Of a stretch of DNA of 11,063 bases, positions 1-5,870 are shown one piece after another. The position numbers and the translations under genes are program-made. This stretch comes from Anaerolineae bacterium. GTDB lineage: Bacteria > Chloroflexota > Anaerolineae > Epilineales > JAANWY01. The stretch is from assembly GCA_046758565.1 (NCBI GenBank), contig JBHIAO010000171.1:1-11063 (forward strand), written 5' to 3'. The first letter of the stretch is position 1. The number at the start of each line of letters is the position of its first letter. Under the pieces are notes generated by a model, which saw only the letters and a list, made by a program, of their open reading frames with translations, made no database searches and was not told the DNA's origin.

Positions 1-854
1 TTGGGTCGGAACCACCTGTCGAAGAGCTGGTCCAGAGTGCCGTCGGCCTGCATGGCCTCCAGCACCATGTTCGTCGGCTCGATGAGGTCGGAGCCCTGTT
101 GGAAGACGAACCCCAGGAACTCGCCGGCGGTCACACGCGGACCGGCGATCTTCAGCTTGCCCAGGTTCTCGTTCATGAAGCCGACGGCCGCCACCTCGTC
201 GATGATGACCGCGTCCACATCGCCCGACATGAGGGCGCTGACGGGCAGGTCGAAGGTGTCGAAGGACTGGATGCGCCCCTCGCCCACGAGCTTGATGGCG
301 GTGGCCTCATTGGTGGTGCCCAGTTGGACTCCGATGACCTTGTCGGTGAGGGCGACCAGGGAGTCCTTGTCCTGGATGTCGGCTTCGTCGGCGCGGACCA
401 GGATGACCTGGCCGTACTCCATGTAGGGGTCGGAGAAGGCCACGACCTTCTTGCGCTCGTCGGTGATGGTGATGCCGTCAGCAGCGACGTCGAACTCACC
501 GGCGGCAGCGGCTTCGAAGATGCCCTCCCAGGCAGTTTCGACGAAGACCGGGCTGCAGTTGAGACGGCTACAGATTTCACGCCAGGCGTCGTAGTCCCAG
601 CCAACGCCTTCACCAGAGTCCTTGTCGATGACGTTGAAGGGCGGGTAGGCATTCTCCACCGCGATCCGCACCTCACGCCCGCCCAGGTCAGGGATCGCAG
701 CAGCGGGCTCCGGTGTAGGGGGCGGGGGAGCTATGGTTGCTGTGGGCGGAGGAGGTGAGGTGGGGGTGGGAGCAGCCGCCCTGCCACACCCGGCCACTAG
801 CAAAGCCAGAACTGCCAATGTCAGCAGCAGGAGGAACGCAATGTGCTTGCGCAT
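1..854 (-). CDS. Polar amino-acid ABC transporter substrate-binding lipoprotein (family-3 SBP), 5' partial; the 3' end lies beyond position 1
   Basis: I translated the minus strand by hand from the ATG at 854..852 and found no stops down to position 1. The product begins MRKHIAFLLLLTLAVLALLVAGCGRAAAPTPTSPPPTATIAPPPPTPEPAAAIPDLGGREVRIAVENAYPPFNVIDKDSGEGVGWDYDAWREI...GEFDVAADGITITDERKKVVAFSDPYMEYGQVILVRAD...DAVIIDEVAAVGFMNE.... It has a lipoprotein signal peptide with an LVAGC lipobox, then a Pro/Thr/Ala-rich linker, then SBP_bac_3-type motifs (GITITxER..VxFSxPY). An AGGAG RBS sits 8 nt upstream of the ATG. The gene is absent from the supplied ORF track; only its antisense and alternate-frame ORFs (99..758 +, 173..676 -) are listed. 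Confidence 0.8.
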   Translation of the reverse strand, partial: MRKHIAFLLLLTLAVLALLVAGCGRAAAPTPTSPPPPTATIAPPPPTPEPAAAIPDLGGREVRIAVENAYPPFNVIDKDSGEGVGWDYDAWREICSRLNCSPVFVETAWEGIFEAAAAGEFDVAADGITITDERKKVVAFSDPYMEYGQVILVRADEADIQDKDSLVALTDKVIGVQLGTTNEATAIKLVGEGRIQSFDTFDLPVSALMSGDVDAVIIDEVAAVGFMNENLGKLKIAGPRVTAGEFLGFVFQQGSDLIEPTNMVLEAMQADGTLDQLFDRWFRP

Positions 855-1089
855 ACCCTTTTCTCCTCTCTGTTCGCTCAGGTCGGTGCAATCTTGAGAC
901 ACAACGCGGGGAGCCAGCCCGGCAATGTCAGACGTACTACGACTTCGTTGGCACGCATCCCTCCTCTCCTTGGACTCTCTATTGCTGGGGTTTGGCAATT
1001 GTTTCGTAGGGTTCAACGACCTCAATCAGTATAGGCGAAAGTTTCAGCACAGTCAAACACCGGGACATGGAGCATCTCGCGGTGGCATC

Positions 1090-1118
1090 TTGTCAGCAGC
1101 CGAGAGCTGTGATATAAT
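1090..1118 (+). promoter_or_regulatory. Sigma70-type promoter: TTGTCA (1090-1095), 17-nt spacer, TGaTATAAT extended -10 (1110-1118); predicted TSS ~1125
   Basis: Direct read gives TTGTCA, then gcagccgagagctgtga (17 nt), then TATAAT. A TG sits 1 nt upstream of the -10 hexamer. The element is about 60 nt upstream of the GGAGG/GTG of the sORF at 1180. Confidence 0.5.
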
Positions 1119-1179
1119 TTGGATTGGGAACAGGTGTGAATGCAGGTCATCTGAGGCCTTGTCCGAAAGGAGGTCAAGT

Positions 1180-1323
1180 GTGACGCTTCCACGTCGCCGG
1201 CGCCAGAAGCGTGGGCAAAGGAAACAGCGTGACTGGAAGCAGATTGCTTTCTACGTGTTAAGTGCGTTGGTTGCCATCAGCATGGCGTCTGCCTACGCCC
1301 TCTCATACCTCGCGGGGCGGTGA
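1180..1323 (+). CDS. Small (47 aa) highly basic single-TM protein: MTLPRRRRQKRGQRKQRDWKQIAFYVLSALVAISMASAYALSYLAGR
   Basis: GGAGG at 1169-1173 lies 6 nt before an in-frame GTG at 1180, and a strong promoter sits upstream. The N-terminus is Arg/Lys-rich (12 of 19 residues) and is followed by about 22 hydrophobic residues. A TGA stop at 1321-1323 is followed directly by a large hairpin. It forms the 3' part of the 132-aa track ORF 925..1323, whose first ~85 codons look non-coding. Confidence 0.45.
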   Translation: MTLPRRRRQKRGQRKQRDWKQIAFYVLSALVAISMASAYALSYLAGR

Positions 1324-1332
1324 TCACTCACA

Positions 1333-1411
1333 GCCGGCGTAAAACGTAAAACGTGAAACGTGATGTCGCCATCTCGCACTCGCATCACGTTTCGCGTTTT
1401 ACGGCGCCCGG
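1333..1411. terminator. Long imperfect palindrome built from tandem heptamers (CGTAAAA CGTAAAA CGTGAAA CGTGATG / CATCACG TTTCGCG TTTTACG) with a GC clamp, placed between convergent genes; likely a bidirectional, U-tract-poor terminator or structured element
   Basis: The left arm (1338-1365) pairs with the right arm (1383-1403) with one wobble. An outer ccggcg/cgcccgg clamp bulges one extra heptamer. The loop is 17 nt. The element sits 10 nt after the sORF stop and 12 nt after the floT stop (1423-1425) on the opposite strand. Confidence 0.45.
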
Positions 1412-1422
1412 ATCGACTGATC

Positions 1423-2955
1423 CTATTCCTCAGGCTCGATCTCAACCTTTACCGGGCTTTCCCTGGATGCTCCACCATCGCCGGCTGCCCGCTTGAGGGC
1501 CGGCAGGTCCTGAATCGTGCGGATGATGTCGATGCCGGTGAGCGCCTCCACCGCCGCCGGCACCTGCGCGATGATTTCGGTGACGTCGCGGGTCACTCGG
1601 GAACTGCCGGCACCTCCGGCACTGTCACCGCCGATGACGACGATGCGATCGGTCTTGCTGAGCGGCTGAGCGATTGCGCCGGCCAACTCCGGCAGGCCGG
1701 CGAGCAACTGCTCGATGATGGCCGCCTGATTGTACATTGCCCAGGCTTCTGCCTTCTTCGCCTTGGCCTCGGCCTCAGCCAAACCCTGCTGCCGGATCAC
1801 TTCGGCCTGTGCCAGACCTTGTGCCTTGGCGACCTCAGCCTGTGCAATACCCCGTGCCCGGTTGGCATCGGCTTCACCCTCGCCGACCCGCCGCAACGCT
1901 GCCGCCTGACCTTCAGCCTCGGTCTCGGTCTGGAAGCGCTTGGCCTTGGCTAGCGTCTCAATACGGTACTGCTCGGCCTCGGCCGGCCTGCGGATCGTGG
2001 CCTCCAGCTCCTTCTCCTTGCGCAGTGCTTCCTGCTGCTGAACTTCGATCTGCTTCTGCTTGTCGATCACTTCGATCTGAACTTCTTCAGCCTTGACCTT
2101 CTGGTTGGTTATGGCCTGCTGGAGCGCGTAAGCCAGCTCAGCCTCGGCTGTCTGGCGATTGACCTCCGCGTCGTACTTGGCCTTTTGAACCTGGAAGTTC
2201 TTTTCGGCTTCGGCGATCTTGGTTTGTGCCAGGAATCGTGCTTCCTCACCCTCCTGCTCTGCCTCCGCCGAGCGAATCTTGGCATCCCGGGCCGCCAGTG
2301 CCTCACCGATTGCGGCGTCACGCTTGACTTCGGCCGTCCGGGCCTTGCCCAGGGCATCCAGGTAGCCTTCATCATCCCGGATGTCGCGGATGGTGAACGA
2401 GATAATCCCGAGACCCATGTTCGCCAGGTCGCCGGCGGCCACTTCCTGCACCTGCTGGGCGAAGGCATCCCGGTCTTTGTAGATCTCCTCGACTGACATC
2501 GTACCGAGGATGGCGCGTAGATGGCCCTCCAAAGTCTGTAGTGCCACCTGCTGGATCTCGCTCTCAGTCTTGCTCAGAAACTGTTCGGCCGCCGTGTAGA
2601 TCGAGACATCGTCGCCCCGGACTTTCACCTGGGCAACGCCATCGACGGTGACCGGAACACCTTTGACGGTGTAGACCTTCGGCGTCACCACATCAATGGT
2701 CATGATTTCCAACGAGAGATCGTCAACCCGTTCCACCACCGGCCAGATGAATGTACCACCACCCTTGACGATGCGAAAACCGACGGTCTCGGGCAGGCCG
2801 GTGACCGGGTTCACGATCTGACGCTTGCGGCCAGAAATGACCAGCACTTCGTTGGGGCCGACCTTCTTGTATCGCGTCGAATAGACGAACGCCAGTGTCA
2901 GCAATACAAACAACAGAGCGAAAATAGCGAAACTTGCACCTAGTAGTCCCACCAT
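1423..2955 (-). CDS. floT: Flotillin (SPFH/Band-7 domain protein, long FloT/YuaG type with Ala/Glu-rich coiled-coil repeats), ~510 aa
   Basis: The ORF has an N-terminal TM helix (LLGASFAIFALLFVLLTLAFVY) followed by an SPFH domain. A long EA-rich region (AEAEQEGEEA..., KAEAWAMYNQA) follows and the C-terminus ends in a flotillin-type tail. I chose the ATG at 2955..2953 as the start, because GGAGG at 2967..2963 lies 7 nt upstream of it. The track ORF starts 6 codons earlier, at 2973, and that earlier ATG overlaps the RBS. The gene is immediately downstream of an NfeD-like gene, as in yuaF-floT. Confidence 0.9.
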   Translation of the reverse strand: MVGLLGASFAIFALLFVLLTLAFVYSTRYKKVGPNEVLVISGRKRQIVNPVTGLPETVGFRIVKGGGTFIWPVVERVDDLSLEIMTIDVVTPKVYTVKGVPVTVDGVAQVKVRGDDVSIYTAAEQFLSKTESEIQQVALQTLEGHLRAILGTMSVEEIYKDRDAFAQQVQEVAAGDLANMGLGIISFTIRDIRDDEGYLDALGKARTAEVKRDAAIGEALAARDAKIRSAEAEQEGEEARFLAQTKIAEAEKNFQVQKAKYDAEVNRQTAEAELAYALQQAITNQKVKAEEVQIEVIDKQKQIEVQQQEALRKEKELEATIRRPAEAEQYRIETLAKAKRFQTETEAEGQAAALRRVGEGEADANRARGIAQAEVAKAQGLAQAEVIRQQGLAEAEAKAKKAEAWAMYNQAAIIEQLLAGLPELAGAIAQPLSKTDRIVVIGGDSAGGAGSSRVTRDVTEIIAQVPAAVEALTGIDIIRTIQDLPALKRAAGDGGASRESPVKVEIEPEE

Positions 2956-2981
2956 CTTTATGCCTCCTACCATAAGTCGAA

Positions 2982-3059
2982 GTGATCAGTAATCAGTAAT
3001 CAGTGATCAGTAGTCAAAATCTGAAACTGATTACTGATTACTGATCACTGATTACTGAC
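2982..3059. repeat. ~78-bp palindrome made of tandem 7-bp repeats: (GTRATCA)x5, loop aaatctgaaa, (CTGATYA)x4+; predicted ~31-bp hairpin in the nfeD-floT intercistronic region
   Basis: The left arm is GTGATCA GTAATCA GTAATCA GTGATCA GTAGTCA (2982-3016). The right arm is CTGATTA CTGATTA CTGATCA CTGATTA CTGAC (3027-3059). The arms are reverse complements with about 3 non-Watson-Crick positions. The right arm overlaps the last 5 codons of nfeD, and the left arm ends 15 nt before the floT RBS. Confidence 0.6.
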
Positions 3060-3650
3060 TTCATCAAGTGGCCTAACGATTGCCACGTTCCCGACTATGC
3101 GTTCGATCGTGACCACCGTGCCCCGCGGGATTGACTGCCCGCCGGCTGCTCGGGCGCTGGTTGTGACCCGCCCGCCACGCGCCACGAAGGCCACCTCTCC
3201 CAGCCGGCCCGGCGCGATGCGTGTGATCACCTCGCCTGTTGCTCCGATGACATGCGCCGCCGTCACCTCACTGGAACTCTGCGGCGCAATCAGGAAATAT
3301 CCGAAGGCGAAGTGTGCTATCGCAGCGATGACCAGGGCGCCGGCCGCCGCCCAGAGCAAACTGGCCTGGGCCGAGACGTTGAACAATCCCGTCGAAATGA
3401 GTCCGAATGCGCCGAACGCGGTGATGAAACTGGCGATGGTCACCGGGCTCAAAGAAGTGACGCTCACGTCGCCGTGCTCGAAGGAAATATCATGGCCGCC
3501 GCTGAGGTCGACGTCGCCACCACCGAAGCCGAAGTCATGCAACTCGCCGGCAACCAGGATGACGACGGCATAGACGACGCCGACGATGAGCAACGCGAAA
3601 TACAGGCAGCTCAATGTCGAGAGATTTGCCAGGTCCGTCAACTGTGTCAT
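3045..3650 (-). CDS. NfeD-like (YuaF-like short NfeD homolog) membrane protein, the usual flotillin operon partner, 201 aa
   Basis: The N-terminal half is hydrophobic, with TM helices (LYFALLIVGVVYAVVILVAG; FITAFGAFGLISTGLF; LLWAAAGALVIAAIAHFAFGYFLI). The C-terminal ~70 aa (VIGATGEVITRIAPGRLGEVAFVARGGRVTTSARAAGGQSIPRGTVVTIERIVGNVAIVRP) fits an OB-fold beta-barrel. The gene is directly upstream of, and co-oriented with, flotillin. Established knowledge: nfeD and flotillin genes are syntenic and co-transcribed in many bacteria. Confidence 0.8.
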   Translation of the reverse strand: MTQLTDLANLSTLSCLYFALLIVGVVYAVVILVAGELHDFGFGGGDVDLSGGHDISFEHGDVSVTSLSPVTIASFITAFGAFGLISTGLFNVSAQASLLWAAAGALVIAAIAHFAFGYFLIAPQSSSEVTAAHVIGATGEVITRIAPGRLGEVAFVARGGRVTTSARAAGGQSIPRGTVVTIERIVGNVAIVRPLDEVSNQ

Positions 3651-3774
3651 TGCCCTACCCTCAGTCTTACAAATCTATACGAGGCAGGTGCCAAGAAGTC
3701 GCGCGCCGTGGCATAGTCCGAAGTTGACTATTCACGTTGTCGGCTTGGCGAGCAATGAATTGCCCGCTTGCCAT

Positions 3775-3797
3775 GAAAAATCTGTGAAAACAGATCA
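3775..3797 (-). terminator. Weak candidate intrinsic terminator after hutI (ATCTGT-tttc-ACAGAT followed by TTTT on the minus strand)
   Basis: The minus strand reads gATCTGTtttcACAGATttttcat about 35 nt after the hutI stop (3833..3831). The stem is only 6 bp with 2 GC pairs, so the call is marginal. Confidence 0.25.
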
Positions 3798-3830
3798 ACC
3801 AAGCAGCGAATGGGACTTAGGGCTTCGGAC

Positions 3831-5147
3831 TTAAGCCAACCCGCTGAAAACCTCGTGAATTCTGCCGGCTTTGATGACCGTGGATACCAGGTCCTCCCCG
3901 AACCGATACGCCAGGTGACGGTAATCTGGCACGTCGAGGATGACGAGGTCGCCGGCCTTGCCCGGTTCCAGGCTCCCCACTTTCTCGCCGACGCCTGACG
4001 CATAGGCCGCATTGATCGTGGCGGCCACGACGGCCTCGGCAGGTGTCAAGTGCAGGTAGCGCGTGGCCAGGGCGATCATGAACGGCATTGAAACACACCA
4101 GCATGTGCCTGGATTGATGTCGGTCCCCAGGGCAATCGACAGCCCTCGTTCAATCATGGTACGGGCGTCAGCGTAGTGATTGGAGCCTAGACCGAAGGTC
4201 GTCCCCGGCAACAATACGCCGACCATGCCGACCTCGGCCATTTGCTCGATTTCTGCGTGGGGAGTTACGGTCAGGTGATCGGCGGACGTGGCGCGCAGCT
4301 CAGCCGCCAGTGCTGCACCGCCCAGGGATCCGAACTCGTCGGCATGTATCTTGAGCCCCAGCCCCAACTCGCGCGCCCTTTCCAGCACACGCCTGGACTG
4401 GGCCAGATTGAAGGCCCCGGCGTCGCAGAAGACATCGACGAAGACCGCCACTGGGTGATCCTTGCCGGCTGCCACGTTGGCGAGTGGGGGCAGGAGTGCA
4501 TCGGCCACGGCGATGCGTGGCAGCATCTCATCGACAACCTCGTCGATGAAGTCGTCAGCTCGGCCGCGGTATTCGTCTGGAACGGCGTGGGCTGCCAGGA
4601 ACGTGGGTATCAGATCGATGGGATGCTCGGTGTTCAGGACGGAAATGGCTGCCAATATCTTCAGCTCGTCGTCGAACGTCAGGCCGTAGCCAGTCTTGGC
4701 CTCGGCAGTCGTGGTCCCATAGGTCAGCATCGCGTTGAGTCGCTTGCGCGACTGTGCGATGAGCTCTTGTAGCGACGCCAGTCGCGTCGCGCGCACCGTG
4801 GACATGATGCCGCCACCGGCCGCCATGATTTTCTGGTAGGTCGCGCCAGCAATGCGCTGTTCAAACTCCTCCACCCGGTCGCCGGCAAAGACCACATGCG
4901 TGTGGGCATCCACGAAGCCGGGTATGATGACGTGGCCGGCAGCGTCCATCTCTGCCCTCGCCACAACAGCGCTCTTAACCTCGGTCGTCGGCCCGACATG
5001 GGTGATCTGGCCATCGAGAATAGCGACAGCGCCGTTCTCAATCAGGCCAATGTCTCGCTGATTGACACCACTCAGCGGGCCATCTGGCGCAGTACAGGTG
5101 AGTAGTTGGGAGGCACTGTGGATGAGTAGATCTACGTTCTTAGTCAT
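3831..5147 (-). CDS. hutI: Imidazolonepropionase (HutI, amidohydrolase superfamily), 438 aa
   Basis: The ORF carries HutI hallmarks: PGFVDAHTHVVFAG (metal-binding HxH), GGGIMSTVRATR, MLTYGTTTAEAKTGYGL, LKIHADEFGSLGGAALAAELRATSADHL, LLPGTTFGLG, ALGTDINPGT, NAAYA.G.GE. Collinear similarity to B. subtilis HutI runs along the full length. The start ATG at 5147..5145 is 18 nt after the livF stop. Confidence 0.9.
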   Translation of the reverse strand: MTKNVDLLIHSASQLLTCTAPDGPLSGVNQRDIGLIENGAVAILDGQITHVGPTTEVKSAVVARAEMDAAGHVIIPGFVDAHTHVVFAGDRVEEFEQRIAGATYQKIMAAGGGIMSTVRATRLASLQELIAQSRKRLNAMLTYGTTTAEAKTGYGLTFDDELKILAAISVLNTEHPIDLIPTFLAAHAVPDEYRGRADDFIDEVVDEMLPRIAVADALLPPLANVAAGKDHPVAVFVDVFCDAGAFNLAQSRRVLERARELGLGLKIHADEFGSLGGAALAAELRATSADHLTVTPHAEIEQMAEVGMVGVLLPGTTFGLGSNHYADARTMIERGLSIALGTDINPGTCWCVSMPFMIALATRYLHLTPAEAVVAATINAAYASGVGEKVGSLEPGKAGDLVILDVPDYRHLAYRFGEDLVSTVIKAGRIHEVFSGLA

Positions 5148-5165
5148 GGTATAGGGCTCTTCCGT

Positions 5166-5870
5166 TTATATCAGTAGATACCTCTGCCTCACTTCGTCGT
5201 TCTCTCTTAGTTCCGCAACGCTCCCCTCGTAACGGATTCGGCCGTTATCAATAATGTAGCCGCGATCGCTTAGCCTTAGGGCAGACCTCACATTCTGTTC
5301 GGCCAGGAGAACAGTCAAGCCGGCCTCCTTCAGCTTTGCTATCTGCTCCTCCAGGGCGCGCACCAGCAGCGGCGCCAGCCCCTCAGTGGGCTCGTCAAGG
5401 AGCAAGAGTTCTGGATTGCCCATTAGAGCCCGCGCGATGGCCAACATCTTTTGCTCGCCACCGCTCAGGTGACCGCCCCGGTTGGACTCTTTCTCTTTCA
5501 GGACGGGGAAGAGCTCGTAAACCTTCTCATTATCCCACCCCCAGTCCCAGTTACCACTTGCCGGCTTGGCAGCTATCTCGAGATTGTCCCGAACCGTGAG
5601 ATCAGCGAAGATCCTCCTATCGTCAGGGACGTAGCCTATCCCTTTGCGGGCCCGCAAATACGGTTCTTCACCAGTTATTTCCTCCCCCTTGAGCTTGATG
5701 CTCCCTTGCTGCGGCGGCGTAAGACCCATGATGCTCTTCAGAGTGGTGGTCTTTCCTGCCCCATTCCGGCCCAGGAGACACACGACCTCGCCCGGCTCAA
5801 CCCTGAGCGAGACGCCAAACAGGATATGGCTCAAACCGTAGTAAGTGTGAATTCCCTCCACCGCAAGCAT
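5166..5870 (-). CDS. livF: HAAT-family (LIV-type) ABC transporter ATP-binding protein, LivF-like, 234 aa
   Basis: It has a Walker A (GRNGAGKTTT), an ABC signature (LSGGEQKM) and a Walker B (LLLLDEP). The length is typical of the second ATPase in a LIV system. Its ATG overlaps the livG stop (ATGA at 5872..5868). Confidence 0.85.
   Translation of the reverse strand: MLAVEGIHTYYGLSHILFGVSLRVEPGEVVCLLGRNGAGKTTTLKSIMGLTPPQQGSIKLKGEEITGEEPYLRARKGIGYVPDDRRIFADLTVRDNLEIAAKPASGNWDWGWDNEKVYELFPVLKEKESNRGGHLSGGEQKMLAIARALMGNPELLLLDEPTEGLAPLLVRALEEQIAKLKEAGLTVLLAEQNVRSALRLSDRGYIIDNGRIRYEGSVAELRENDEVRQRYLLI

Noticed and set aside
99-758. 219-aa plus-strand ORF and 167-aa minus-strand ORF (173..676) from the track
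   Set aside because: Both are alternate or antisense frames of the real SBP lipoprotein gene (minus strand, 1..854). Their translations are low-complexity (G/D/V-rich or S/T/P/R-rich), typical of off-frame high-GC sequence.
925-1179. N-terminal 85 codons of the 132-aa track ORF 925..1323
   Set aside because: The translation (MSDVLRLRWHASLLSLDSLLLGFGNCF...) has no RBS and runs through the promoter elements at 1090-1118. Only the last 47 codons, from the RBS-preceded GTG at 1180, are supported.
1360-2496. Several plus-strand and alternate-frame ORFs inside floT (1360..1953, 1737..2096, 2109..2468, 2185..2496)
   Set aside because: They are antisense or off-frame to a well-supported flotillin CDS. 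Their translations are Pro/Arg/Gly-rich low-complexity, as expected for high-GC DNA.
2956-2973. Upstream ATG (2973) giving a MVGGIK extension to flotillin
   Set aside because: The codons GTA GGA GGC of this extension are themselves the GGAGG Shine-Dalgarno for the ATG at 2955, 7 nt downstream. That makes 2955 the more likely start.
2982-3059. CRISPR array or iteron-type replication origin
   Set aside because: The repeats are 7 bp, directly abutting, with no spacers, and they are arranged as an inverted pair. This does not fit CRISPR, which has 24-48-bp repeats with unique spacers. There are no cas genes and no AT-rich DUE or DnaA boxes nearby.
3651-3830. Sigma70 promoter for the nfeD-floT operon, and a 35-codon minus-strand ORF (3774..3667) and a plus-strand ORF (3586..3834) in this gap
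   Set aside because: The only -10-like element (TATAGA about 25 nt before the nfeD ATG) has a TTGGCA at the wrong spacing (9 nt), so no promoter call was made. The small ORFs lack an RBS and overlap the nfeD start.
3097-5105. Antisense and alternate-frame ORFs within nfeD and hutI (3097..3573, 3252..3716, 3817..4104, 4242..4772, 4724..5041 and others)
   Set aside because: They overlap strongly supported CDSs in the wrong frame. They have no RBSs and show compositional junk.
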